A stretch of DNA of 64,000 nt from Prochlorococcus sp. AG-335-A05 (lineage in GTDB: Bacteria; Cyanobacteriota; Cyanobacteriia; PCC-6307; Cyanobiaceae). A program made the position numbers and the translations under genes. How positions within the stretch are numbered: the stretch's first letter is position 1; each line of letters begins with the position of its first letter. Below the pieces are notes generated by a model. That model worked only from the letters and a program-made list of their open reading frames with translations. It was not told the DNA's origin and made no database searches. Below, one piece after another: positions 20,782 through 30,871 of this stretch. The stretch covers positions 7,808 through 71,807 of the forward strand of contig QBZF01000002.1 of the NCBI GenBank assembly GCA_003282425.1, written 5' to 3'.

Positions 20782-21130
20782 CTTATTAAAAACTATTTCA
20801 ATGTTCTAACTGATTTTTTATGCAAAGTGAGAGCTAACAGAAAACTAATTTTCCTGAACCAATTGATCTCTGCGAAATAAATTATTATTTAAAAATTTCA
20901 AAACTTTAGATTTTTGATTATCTTGTTAGATAAAGAGGGTTGTCTATTCTGACTAGTTTTCAAATTTCTTATCCAAAACACAACTCCAATTAACAAAAAA
21001 AGTTCAATTATTATGCCTAAACCAACCGCATTCATTATTAGTTTTTCTCCTTTTTCTTTTTAGATCCCTCAATATAAGGAACAAGAATATTTAATAACCA
21101 CTTTTTAAAAGAATTAATTAGATTCATTAT

Positions 21131-21514
21131 TTACCTATCCTTCCTCCACAAGCTTCTTCCTTTAATAAGATCTTCAATGTTAGGCCAGGCTGCTATTAAT
21201 TCCTTAAGGGCTTTTCTATTTGGAGTATAAAAAATACATGAGAATGCACTAATTAAATAAATAAAAAACCAGACTTTATTTTCTGAATAAGCTAAAAAGA
21301 ATGAGAAGATAAAACTTCCAACAAAGAAAAAGAAAAATAATCTATTTATTACTTCAAGAGGCGTTCTTTTAAGTCTGTAAAATCTTTTGTTTTTATTATT
21401 GATATCAGAATTAGCTTCAAACTTATTTTCATATGAATTAATTATTTCTTCCTCAAGAATCTCCTCATAATCTAGTTTTCCAGATGGATTAGAGTTATTT
21501 GACTTACTACTCAT
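21131..21514 (-). CDS. Hypothetical membrane protein
   Basis: Two TM segments. Confidence 0.75.
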   Translation of the reverse strand: MSSKSNNSNPSGKLDYEEILEEEIINSYENKFEANSDINNKNKRFYRLKRTPLEVINRLFFFFFVGSFIFSFFLAYSENKVWFFIYLISAFSCIFYTPNRKALKELIAAWPNIEDLIKGRSLWRKDR

Positions 21515-21797
21515 GTACTTTTTATCAACTATATAAATTCTCTCAATATTATAGATCTTAGTCAGAAAAAATTTAAGTCAAAATTTTACATGCTGTAAAT
21601 CAGACAAAAAGGTCATGTTTTTGAAAATACTCAAAAATGGTTTTATTTATGAATAAAACATTACTTAAAATATTCTTTTTGATTTTTTCAATTCTTAGGA
21701 TCATTGGTAACAGTGGTTTCTATTAGATTTTTAACAATCAAATAATTGAAAGGCAATACTGTATTATCAAGTTAAATTATTAAAAATCTCAAGTTAC

Positions 21798-22109
21798 ATG
21801 CAAAGATATTTAATTTCTTATGAATTTACAGATGGTGAAGATCAAGAAGAAGGAGGAGAAATGCTTATTAATTGGTATGAATCCGGAGGGCCTCAAAATA
21901 GACCTGAGAACTACGAAGTTCATTCATGGATTTTTATGATCCAAAATGGTATTGGTCATTCCGTTGTTAGTGCAGATTCTTTAGAAACAATTTGGAAACA
22001 GTGGCATCCATGGAGAAGACTTATGGATATTAATATTCAACCTTGTTTAGATCTTGATGAAACTGTGTCTTTATTTAAGAAGGAAAAAATGAATACTCGT
22101 ATTGATTAA
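21798..22109 (+). CDS. DUF3303-like protein
   Basis: YLISYEF..WYESGG..WHPWR..IQPC pattern. Confidence 0.7.
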   Translation: MQRYLISYEFTDGEDQEEGGEMLINWYESGGPQNRPENYEVHSWIFMIQNGIGHSVVSADSLETIWKQWHPWRRLMDINIQPCLDLDETVSLFKKEKMNTRID

Positions 22110-22204
22110 AAAAGCATTTAGAAGTTTTTCTAAATTTTCTTTTAGTAGCCATCAATACGTCAGACATATCTAACTGCGTTAAAAAAGGTTAGAAAAAATT
22201 TTCC

Positions 22205-22399
22205 ATGATGTTTGATTCTTATCACATTTATTTTAAAGGAGAAATTCTTTTTAAAAACCTTAGTAAGGATGAGTTTGAATTCGTTTGGGGCAAACTCTAT
22301 ACTTCCTACATTAATGCCTTAAATGAGGAACTTACATTTGAGATAATTAGTGAAAAGACTGTCAAAGAGGCAGCTTATAATTTAGAACCATCCTATTGA
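22205..22399 (+). CDS. Hypothetical protein
   Basis: YHIYFKGEILFKNL..EPSY. Confidence 0.7.
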   Translation: MMFDSYHIYFKGEILFKNLSKDEFEFVWGKLYTSYINALNEELTFEIISEKTVKEAAYNLEPSY

Positions 22400-22413
22400 T
22401 CTAACTAATTACT

Positions 22414-22656
22414 TCAAGAATAAAAGATAAAAAGTTTTTTATCCTCAATTTCACAATATTCTTTCTCTTCCTTGCTGATATCAAGGCTTATATCTTTTGC
22501 CTCTTTTTCAACATTTACGTTATAAGTCTTAAGAATTTCATTTCCCTTGAATAAAGCAGCAATACCAATATCCGTTATGTACCAAACAAAATGAACTGTC
22601 TCACCAATTGGTTCCTCTTTAAAAGAGTCAAGTAGAAAACCATGAATAGAGTTCAT
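22414..22656 (-). CDS. Hypothetical protein
   Basis: 80-aa ORF downstream of 22671..22907. Confidence 0.65.
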   Translation of the reverse strand: MNSIHGFLLDSFKEEPIGETVHFVWYITDIGIAALFKGNEILKTYNVNVEKEAKDISLDISKEEKEYCEIEDKKLFIFYS

Positions 22657-22670
22657 TTAATTAATCTAAT

Positions 22671-22907
22671 TCAATTGCCACCGTTGCAGTATCTAACTGC
22701 CTCTGCATTAGCACTACCATTTTCTACAACTTCAGTTACGCAATTATTAAATACTTTAGATTCTTTTTTTATTGAACAGAATCCAAAAGCAATTGCCGCT
22801 AAAGATACTGCAGATACGAAACTAGAACCAAGCTGAATAAAACCATAAGCAAACATGATTTTTTTCTTTCCAACGCATTTCTTAGAATCTTTTTTTTCTT
22901 CTGACAT
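22671..22907 (-). CDS. Hypothetical membrane protein
   Basis: TM helix and C-terminal FNNCV..AVRYCNGG. Confidence 0.7.
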   Translation of the reverse strand: MSEEKKDSKKCVGKKKIMFAYGFIQLGSSFVSAVSLAAIAFGFCSIKKESKVFNNCVTEVVENGSANAEAVRYCNGGN

Positions 22908-23277
22908 TTTTATTTTTGAATATGATTAAATCTATTCGATTGATTTTCAATGTGAAAAATTAAATCATAGAGAAAACCGAATTAACCTTTTTTTTTTTTT
23001 TGGAAATTTATAAAAAAGTTTTTGTAAAAAAATTAAAAGGAGTAAAAATTTCCTTTAATTAAATTTTTATTTTGAAACATGTTGCAAATAAAAAAAGTAT
23101 TTGATTTGATACAAAAAAATTTATTTATATAAATATCTCTTTATAGAAAAGGAATGATCCCATTGTTGTTTCAGTAAGTTTTATTGATTATTAAACTACA
23201 TTTAATAATTTATTGATGCAGTATTAATACTCAGAAAATAAGCCAAAAAACCCAGTTTTTATCTTGATCCCCATGAG

Positions 23278-23352
23278 TTATCCACTTTTTAACCATTTTT
23301 CAACAGGTTTTTCCACAAGTTGTAGATTTAATTCACTTTTCTATGTGCAAAA
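23278..23352. promoter_or_regulatory. Cluster of DnaA-box-like nonamers
   Basis: TTATCCACT 23278, TTTTCAACA 23297, TTTTCCACA 23309, TGTGCAAAA 23344. Confidence 0.45.
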
Positions 23353-23898
23353 TAAAATATAAGTTTTTTTTGTAAAAAATGTCACGCGGAATTTTTATTG
23401 GAGCGATAAGATATAAATTATTTTCACTGTTTTTTAAATTTTATGATTGAAAAAATAATTAAAAAACAATCATCTGAGATGCAAAAAGATTTTAAAAAAT
23501 CAAATCTTGAAATTCTTACTGAAGAAAATGATCTTTTATTAAAGAGTCTTAAAAGGCCAAGTGGTTCTTATAGAGCTGCTTGATAATTTATTTGTTTTTA
23601 AACTTACGATATGCCATTAATAATCTTTTACTAAACAAAGTCCAAAAATAACTTTACGCAAATTCAAACAAAATTAAATTTATTTTCAAGGTATCTAAGT
23701 AACTTGAAAATTGAGAATATAATTTTTCTATTAAATCCAATAATATCTAGGTTTAATAGTAACGGTAGTAATTAATAGTAGTTATATTAAAGAAATCTCA
23801 TGTTGAGATTAAATATATATTCATTGTGAATTTTCAAGAAAATATTTAATATTTTCTATCCAATCAATCTCTAATGCAATCAATCCACGTTTGAACCC

Positions 23899-24150
23899 AT
23901 GACCATAAAAGAATTAAAAGTAAAATACAAAAAGCTTTTAAATAAAGCAGATAAAGCCAATGGCCGCAAAGAAACTGTTTCTTTTTTGAATAGAGCTGCT
24001 AAACTCAACTCCAAGATCTATTCTAAAACCAAGACTAATTGCATCAAGTGCAATGGTGTTGGTTATTTAAGAATCTCATTAGACGAATCCCGAACTTGTC
24101 TTTGCTGTTACGGAAAAGGTTTTTTGATGGAAGAGACCCAAAGGTTTTAA
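23899..24150 (+). CDS. Small protein with DnaJ-type zinc finger
   Basis: CIKCNGVG and CLCCYGKG repeats. Confidence 0.75.
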   Translation: MTIKELKVKYKKLLNKADKANGRKETVSFLNRAAKLNSKIYSKTKTNCIKCNGVGYLRISLDESRTCLCCYGKGFLMEETQRF

Positions 24151-24172
24151 CTTGTTAAATATTTAATTAGAA

Positions 24173-24328
24173 ATGAAAGAACTCATTCAAGCTCATAAAA
24201 AGTTAATAAGTACGGTTAAAGAGCAGATGGGTTTTTCAGATTATGGAATGTATTGGTTAGCTTTTATTGAAGGTGGATTAACCATATGGTTGTTAGAAAG
24301 AATATTTTTTCACTGGTTAAAGTTTTAA
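24173..24328 (+). CDS. 51-aa membrane microprotein
   Basis: Hand-translated MKELIQAHKKLI..SDYGMYWLAFIEGGL. Confidence 0.6.
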   Translation: MKELIQAHKKLISTVKEQMGFSDYGMYWLAFIEGGLTIWLLERIFFHWLKF

Positions 24329-24426
24329 AGAATAATTTTTATCATTTGAAAAATAAATTCTAATATTTTCAGTTTGAGAATATCGTTTCCATACAAAAAG
24401 TTGTAGGATAATAAAAAACTAATCAT

Positions 24427-24651
24427 ATGCAATTATTAGGTTTAATTTTACTCGCCGCTAGTAGCTGGTATCTCTGGAAACTCACTTCAAAATTTCTTGA
24501 TGAGCCAACAAAAAAAGAGCTTTCGAATAGTTTTAATGGGCTAAAAAACAAATTGAAAGAAAGTAAAAAAAGTTTTTCAAAAGCAAAAATAAGTGAAGCT
24601 TGGAACAAGTATAAAGACGAAGGTGGCGCTCTTTCTAATAAAAATAAATAA
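24427..24651 (+). CDS. Hypothetical membrane-anchored protein
   Basis: N-terminal TM. Confidence 0.6.
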   Translation: MQLLGLILLAASSWYLWKLTSKFLDEPTKKELSNSFNGLKNKLKESKKSFSKAKISEAWNKYKDEGGALSNKNK

Positions 24652-24653
24652 TA

Positions 24654-24908
24654 GTGGAAATTTTTAGTATCACAAGTTTTACTAAAGAAATATCTCGTAT
24701 TGACTTAATTGGTATTTTGGTTGGGCATCTGGTATTTGCTATAGCTTTAACGCAAATTTTTGACTGGGCATGGCTTAAGAATTTAATGAGTGAGGAGGAT
24801 AAATTAAAAATGCTAAATAGTTACACATGGAAAGACTTATTAGTTGACGGGGCAATCGTTGCTGTAGTTATTGGAATTATTTTTCTCATCGTAAGTATAT
24901 TTCTATAA
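24654..24908 (+). CDS. Hypothetical two-TM protein
   Basis: Hydrophobic segments; coupled to upstream ORF. Confidence 0.6.
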   Translation: MEIFSITSFTKEISRIDLIGILVGHLVFAIALTQIFDWAWLKNLMSEEDKLKMLNSYTWKDLLVDGAIVAVVIGIIFLIVSIFL

Positions 24909-25173
24909 ATGAACATCACATATATACTTTTGATATTTTTATTAGCCTCATTACTAATTTTTTCCCAAATAGTTAAGTCTTCAGAAAAATCCCCTTAATA
25001 AATGTCAGAAATTTCTAGCAACTCATCATCAGGTTGGTATTTAATAGCAATCGTAAGTACAATTTCATTTTTAGCTTTGATATATTTTGGGAAAACAAAA
25101 TAAACAGCATTAATTAATTTTTTAATTATGTCATAAATAAAATTTGTTAATTGACTTCTGATTAAAATTACAA

Positions 25174-25902
25174 ATGAAAAGACTATTAGTTTTACAACAT
25201 TTAGAAATCGAAGGACCAGGGCTTTTTTATCAGATAGCTAAAGAGAGGGAGATGAATATAGAGATCATCCGTCTGGACCAAGGTGATGGCCTACCTAAAA
25301 CTAATAAAGACGATTTACTTTTAATAATGGGTGGACCAATGGGAGTCAAAGATATTGGGAGCACAAAATATCCATGGCTAAAAAAAGAAAGCGATTTTAT
25401 AAAGTCAGAATTAAAAAAAAAGACAAGTATTATCGGAGTTTGCTTAGGAGCTCAGTTATTAGCAAATGCAGCAGGAGGAGATGTCGAAATTTTAAAACAA
25501 GGATCTCCTCCTAAACCTTTACCAGAAATTGGATGGTCTCAAGTTTTTTTTAATAAATCAAATAATGACTTAAAGAAATTTTGTGAAACTCCTTTTCATG
25601 TCCTGCATTGGCATGGCGATAGAATTTTATTACCAAAAAATGCCGAACTCATAGCCAGTAGTATGCGTTGTAAAGAGCAATTTTTTAAGATTGGGGATTT
25701 AGCTTACGGTTTACAATTCCATGTCGAGTTAAATAAGGAAATGACCGAAAGATGGATAAATGAGGATAAATTATTTATAACCAAAGGATTAGGTCCAAAG
25801 GGTCAGTCAATTCTAAGGGAAGAGGATAAACAGTATGAAAAAAAAACAATCTTAAAAAGAAAGCAATTTATAAATAAACTTTTTAATTTACTAAGCAAAT
25901 AA
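25174..25902 (+). CDS. Type 1 glutamine amidotransferase
   Basis: MGGPMG, GVCLGAQ, LQFHVE catalytic triad motifs. Confidence 0.92.
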   Translation: MKRLLVLQHLEIEGPGLFYQIAKEREMNIEIIRLDQGDGLPKTNKDDLLLIMGGPMGVKDIGSTKYPWLKKESDFIKSELKKKTSIIGVCLGAQLLANAAGGDVEILKQGSPPKPLPEIGWSQVFFNKSNNDLKKFCETPFHVLHWHGDRILLPKNAELIASSMRCKEQFFKIGDLAYGLQFHVELNKEMTERWINEDKLFITKGLGPKGQSILREEDKQYEKKTILKRKQFINKLFNLLSK

Positions 25903-25937
25903 AAAAAGCCCTGTCACTTCATGAGAAACAGGGCTTT
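25901..25937. terminator. Intrinsic terminator (T-tract on minus strand, possibly bidirectional)
   Basis: AAAAAAAGCCCTGT..ACAGGGCTTT. Confidence 0.7.
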
Positions 25938-26115
25938 GATGATTATTTAAGTCTTTTTATATAAATCTATTAATAATAAAACCTTTGTTCTTTATTAAAG
26001 AATAAGAGACCAATGAACAGGTTGTAGATACTGATTTCACGGTCTCTTTGTTAACCGTAATTTTCGGTAGATACGACAATGAATCACCTCCTTTACTAAT
26101 ATTTTCCTCAACATA
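25901..26115 (-). ncRNA. Structured small transcript carrying a 40-aa ORF (25957..26079); Yfr8/Yfr9-like locus
   Basis: Perfect SD AAAGGAGGTGAT before TTG; GAGACC/GGTCTC stem; terminator. Confidence 0.5.
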
Positions 26116-26213
26116 ACCAAAATGATTAAATAAAGAAACTAAATATATTAAAATTTAAAGCTTTTTTAACAAATCATTTTTTATAAGCCAAAGTTCAAGA
26201 AAATAAATTAAAT

Positions 26214-26897
26214 CTACCAGGGCAAAATCTCTCCATTAGTATGCCAAAATGTCCCAGTATTATTTTTATTAAGAGAGTCAATACGTTTTAAAAGTCCATT
26301 TGCGGATTCTACTGTAGATATACCATTTTTTGTAAATCCAGTCATACGAGTACTTACTAAACCTGGATGCAAAATAGCAACATATATATCTTCTTTTAAA
26401 AAATCTCTTGAAAGTGATTTCGCTGCCATGGATAAAGCCACTTTAGACATCCTATAACCATAGGAACTACCGGAAGAATTATCACCAATAGATCCCATTC
26501 TGCTCGTGATAAACCCAATCTTTGAATACTTTTTTAAAAGACCTTTCAGTGATCTAGTCATAGAAAGAGGACTTAAAGCATTTACTACAAATTGACGAAT
26601 GATACTCTCATGATCAAAATTATCAATCGAATTAAATTCATAAATACCTGCATTATGAATTAAACAATCCAATTCCACCCCTGATAATGCTTCCCTCAAA
26701 TTGTTGATTGAATCTTCTGAAGAAATATCTATATCTTCTTCAATTCTTACATCTAAGTTTTTTAACTCTGAAGAAGCCTCTCTACAGGTAGCTATTACTT
26801 CATCTCCTCTCTCAAAAATTTGTTTACATAATTCCAATCCAATTCCTCTATTCGTGCCAGTTATTAGGTAAGTAGACATATTTTTAGATAATTTCAA
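26214..26897 (-). CDS. Short-chain dehydrogenase/reductase (CsgA-like)
   Basis: TGTNRGIG, HNAG, YRMSK, LHPGLV. Confidence 0.92.
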   Translation of the reverse strand: MKLSKNMSTYLITGTNRGIGLELCKQIFERGDEVIATCREASSELKNLDVRIEEDIDISSEDSINNLREALSGVELDCLIHNAGIYEFNSIDNFDHESIIRQFVVNALSPLSMTRSLKGLLKKYSKIGFITSRMGSIGDNSSGSSYGYRMSKVALSMAAKSLSRDFLKEDIYVAILHPGLVSTRMTGFTKNGISTVESANGLLKRIDSLNKNNTGTFWHTNGEILPW

Positions 26898-26983
26898 ATA
26901 TTATAATTTCTGAAGCCTTAAAATAAAAAATTAATTACTAATTCATTTAGTGTAATGGAAAGGATTTTAGTTATAATTCGAAA

Positions 26984-27247
26984 ATGTCAGAAAGCAAAAG
27001 TCCATTAGACAGAATTTATAGATTAATAGCATCGCATGCTTGGATGACTGAGAATGAAGCAAAAGTATTATTAGTAATGATGTATGCATCCGGAACAAAG
27101 TCTTTAGGATTGGAGGGTAAAGGTTTAAACCAATTTATGGAAAGGTCATTAGAAAAAATGTGTTCCGATAACAAAGAAAATTTACAAGAATATCTTTTAA
27201 AAATTAAAGATAAATTTCCCAACAATGAATTACTTTCAGAAGATTAA
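26984..27247 (+). CDS. Hypothetical protein
   Basis: 87-aa ORF. Confidence 0.75.
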   Translation: MSESKSPLDRIYRLIASHAWMTENEAKVLLVMMYASGTKSLGLEGKGLNQFMERSLEKMCSDNKENLQEYLLKIKDKFPNNELLSED

Positions 27248-27250
27248 TTC

Positions 27251-27452
27251 ATGGAGATCTTAAATCAAGAATTTACTCAAGAAATAATTAGACTTACTTG
27301 TCGAAATCCTGTTTTTATGGCTCTAGCAATAGCATTGATATGGCTAATACAGAATTAGTAATTAGAAGAATTTTGTCAGAAAATTATAAGAAAAAGAAAT
27401 TAGAAAAACAAAAAGACAAGATTGGGAAGCTATACTCTAAAACTCTTAAATA
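27251..27452 (+). pseudogene. Frameshifted small membrane protein gene
   Basis: MEILNQEF..ALAIALIWLI stops early; the shifted frame continues ELVIRRILSENYKKKKLEKQKDKIGKLY. Confidence 0.45.
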
Positions 27453-27502
27453 AAAAATTTAAGCTCCATAGTAAATTTAGATTAGTTTGAGGGATCTTTT
27501 TT

Positions 27503-27706
27503 ATGAATTATAAAATTGTAAGAATTGATGGAGAAAAAGATGATGTTACATCGCAAACTTTTTCAAACTTTGCAGATGCTTATGATTTATTAGATGAAAT
27601 ATATGGAGATATATGTTGTTCAGATGCTGACTATGGAGATATTATTTATTACGATATTATAGAAGATAAGAAAAAAGAAAAAAAAATACATGAAAAAGGA
27701 ATTTGA
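27503..27706 (+). CDS. Hypothetical acidic protein
   Basis: DICCSDADY motif. Confidence 0.7.
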   Translation: MNYKIVRIDGEKDDVTSQTFSNFADAYDLLDEIYGDICCSDADYGDIIYYDIIEDKKKEKKIHEKGI

Positions 27707-27908
27707 AACTTGGGAACCTACACATGAACAAAATATTGGAATAGTTTCAAGTGTTTATGAATATATTAAAGGGGAACTTTCTGAGCTTCAAGAGATAACG
27801 GAATGTCCTGATTCCTTTATTTATGATTTCATTACAAGAATCCAACATGAGTGGCATCCAGAATCATGTCACTCAATGGCTAGGAATCATAAAAAGAACG
27901 AGAAATGA
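27690..27908 (+). CDS. Hypothetical protein
   Basis: 72-aa ORF overlapping upstream gene. Confidence 0.7.
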   Translation: MKKEFETWEPTHEQNIGIVSSVYEYIKGELSELQEITECPDSFIYDFITRIQHEWHPESCHSMARNHKKNEK

Positions 27909-28123
27909 GAAAATAATTATTTAACAATTCATAAGATTAAAAAATAATACAATTATTTATTCATTGATTTATTTTTAATATTATTCAAAATTAAATATTA
28001 TTAAAAAAATGATTATTCGAGTATTGGGTATAGTTTTGATTCTTGGAACTATTGCATACTATGGTTTAGTTTTAACAGGCAATAGCACGTTATAAAATTA
28101 TTTTTTTATTAGAAAATTCATAT

Positions 28124-28330
28124 ATGAAATGGCCTCCCACAAATTGCTGGACAGCACCAAAAACAATCGAAGGAAATCGTCATTATCAAGTAAAAGCTTA
28201 TGGAGGTAAAAATAACAAAAGATGGGTAGATCTATTCCCAACAAAAAACAAAAAAGATATTAAAAGGATTTCGTGGTTAACCCTTAAATCAAAATGGACT
28301 AGTGGTTGGTTGAGGCTTCCAAAAGATTGA
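28124..28330 (+). CDS. TIGR02450-like Trp-rich protein
   Basis: WPPTNCWTAP..RHYQV..WTSGWL. Confidence 0.8.
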   Translation: MKWPPTNCWTAPKTIEGNRHYQVKAYGGKNNKRWVDLFPTKNKKDIKRISWLTLKSKWTSGWLRLPKD

Positions 28331-28976
28331 GAAAATTAAAATTTTCCAAAAGACCTTAAGATAAATTTTTAAGGATTTTTCAACTTTTAATTTTCGATTT
28401 CAATCGTAAGTTACATAATTAGAAAAAAAATAAAAATAATTATAAAGACGTTTTATGAATAATTATTATTAAACCTTTTTTGGTAAAAATTCATACTTAA
28501 ATAAAAAATTCTTTCTTTTAATATCCTTTAAAATAATAAATTTAAAAATGAAGGAAGAGCAAAGAAAGAAATTACCTAATAAAAAAATAATCAGCTCAGC
28601 AAAATTTGAAGCAAAAGAACAATTTACTAAATCAGCATTAGAAAATTTAAAAACTGAAAACGAGAGAATTGTTAATTCATTAAAGAAATCTGGTGAAATC
28701 GATTACTAAACTTTCCAATTTTCATAAATTTAATAAAAGACTACAGAATAAATAATTATTAACTATTATAGTTTTTTAACTGGTTTTAATAATGGATAAA
28801 ATTTCTTTAGCAAATGCACATCTACCTCAACTTATAGGGTTGGTATTAATGTCAATTGGCTACACTCTAGGAAATAAGTTTTACTTACCTCAAGTAAACA
28901 AAAATAACTAACAAATAATTATATTTAGAGAAAAAACTTTTTATTTAAAATCAAAAGACTATTTATCGACGCTTAT

Positions 28977-29057
28977 GTTACAATAATGTACCTAAATAAC
29001 TAGAAATATTTATTTTTTCTGTTTTTTTATTACAAAACGTAAATTTTGTGTTACATT
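28977..29057 (+). promoter_or_regulatory. Possible HLR1 (RpaB) half-sites upstream of hli genes
   Basis: GTTACAAT, ATTACAAA and GTTACATT repeats; spacing imperfect. Confidence 0.3.
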
Positions 29058-29080
29058 AATTAATAATTCTACCTTTAATA

Positions 29081-29215
29081 ATGTCAAAAATTAAATTCGT
29101 TGAAAGAGAAAAAATTCTTGCTGAAAAACTTAATGGGAGATTTGCGATGATTGGGTTTATCGCAGCGGTTGGAGCTTATTTAACAACTGGGCAAATCATA
29201 CCTGGATTCATTTAA
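29081..29215 (+). CDS. hli: High-light-inducible protein (44 aa; missing from ORF track)
   Basis: AEKLNGRFAMIGF..TGQIIPGF. Confidence 0.95.
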   Translation: MSKIKFVEREKILAEKLNGRFAMIGFIAAVGAYLTTGQIIPGFI

Positions 29216-29219
29216 TCTT

Positions 29220-29474
29220 ATGAGTCCACTTACTGGTTTTATAATTGTAGTTATAGCAATAACATTACAATTTACGCTTTACACCATAAAGAGATTACAA
29301 GAGCCTTTAAAGCCCAATTTATTTGATACCCAAAAATTCTCTGAAATGAACAACAGAAAAAAAAGCTATTGGAAAAATGCCGAAATAACCAATGGAAGGT
29401 TAGCCATGGTTGGTTTATTGGCTTTAGTTGTTAATTATGGTTTTTTTGGATGGATAATTCCTGGATTTATTTAG
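29220..29474 (+). CDS. hli: High-light-inducible protein with extra N-terminal TM
   Basis: AEITNGRLAMVG..IIPGF. Confidence 0.92.
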   Translation: MSPLTGFIIVVIAITLQFTLYTIKRLQEPLKPNLFDTQKFSEMNNRKKSYWKNAEITNGRLAMVGLLALVVNYGFFGWIIPGFI

Positions 29475-29552
29475 GTAATTAAGCCTGCAAATATTGTTTA
29501 AATAAATCAGCATATTTACGCATATATAAAAAAGTTTATTCATACTAATTTT

Positions 29553-29695
29553 AAATCATTTAAAGGGAGGGATTAGAAATGATTGATAGTCCACCAAAGA
29601 ACCCCATTGGATTGGTTTAAGCAGCCAGTTGTTTACTACTACACATAACTAAGTTCAAAGATTGATTACTAAAGTCGGTAATCAATCTTTTTTCT
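29553..29695 (+). ncRNA. Putative Yfr1/Yfr10-like sRNA
   Basis: ACTACTACAC (variant of the Yfr1 ACTCCTCACAC motif) between a small hairpin and a 13-bp terminator stem AAAGATTGATTAC/GTAATCAATCTTT; 5' end uncertain. Confidence 0.5.
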
Positions 29696-30127
29696 TTTTT
29701 AATGGAGGTTAAATAAAAACATTTTTATATCTCTAAAAAAAATGGCACAGATATGAGTACTGATGTTGTTACCATTTGGCTTAAATGAAAAATTTCCCAA
29801 TTTAATCCATAATATTTTTAAGTGTTTAAAACTATTTTTAGATTAATTTTAATGGTTGGATTTATTACTTTCAATCCAAGAACAAGATTCTTTGTTTGAG
29901 TATCTTTAAAGCAAATATCTTCATTTCTTTTATGGACAGTTAAATATGAAGACCGAGAGAAATGGATTATGGATAAACCCAGTTGGCTTCCAACTCAAAT
30001 CTTAACCCCTCCAAATAAGTAATTTCTTCTAAATCTGTAAAGCAAATCCAAATAAAAGATTAAATTTCTAGGGTTTCTTATAAAAACATTTTAGAAATAT
30101 ATCTGTAATTTAATAATTGAAGAAACT

Positions 30128-30301
30128 ATGGAAAATAAAAAAGGTATGAAAGTAGAGCCATTGAATTTCTTTTCAAACGATATGACGGTAGCTAAAGATC
30201 AGCTAGCTCATAATCATTTAAAGTTAACTTATCAAAGGGATTCAGTTACAGATCTAGAACAAAAACATAAAGAATGGGCCCAAGAAGATACAGCAAGTTA
30301 A
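30128..30301 (+). CDS. 57-aa hypothetical protein
   Basis: Hand-translated MENKKGMKVEPLNFFSND.. Confidence 0.5.
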   Translation: MENKKGMKVEPLNFFSNDMTVAKDQLAHNHLKLTYQRDSVTDLEQKHKEWAQEDTAS

Positions 30302-30405
30302 TACTTAAACTATTAGTTTGTTTGACGATAGATATTTACAATGATTAAAACTAAATAGATTATTGAAAGTCTGTCAAAATAAATAGATAAAAACTAACAT
30401 TCTTA

Positions 30406-30795
30406 ATGACTGGTAAAGAAAAAATTATTTCATTGTTAGATGAGCTCGCATCCCCAGAAAAGATGGGTTCTTTTTTCATGAATAATGCAACTCTCAATTT
30501 TTTATTTATCAGACCAAATGGTAATCCTATAATTGCAAAAGGATTTGAAGAAATGATGAACTCTGGAGATGTAGTACAAGAAAAAGCAGAAATAACAAAA
30601 ATACACCGATTCGAATTTCTAAGTGATAATATTGCAATGAGTATTTTCACTCTTGGTTCAAAATTCAGATATAAAGGGACTCCTAATGATGATTTGCCAA
30701 AAGTTACTTCTATTTTTAAAAAAGCTGGTGATTTTTGGAAAATTCATTGGATGCAGAGATCAACAGTAGATTCGAATTTATCTTTATGGGTCTAG
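30406..30795 (+). CDS. DUF3804 / SnoaL (NTF2-like) protein
   Basis: FIRPNGNP, YKGTPNDD, WKIHWMQRS. Confidence 0.8.
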   Translation: MTGKEKIISLLDELASPEKMGSFFMNNATLNFLFIRPNGNPIIAKGFEEMMNSGDVVQEKAEITKIHRFEFLSDNIAMSIFTLGSKFRYKGTPNDDLPKVTSIFKKAGDFWKIHWMQRSTVDSNLSLWV

Positions 30796-30871
30796 CAAAG
30801 CTAATAGCTTTATTAATGGTCCTGCTACTGGTAGGAAGTTCTTTTATAGGTTTAATTATTTACTTTATTAA

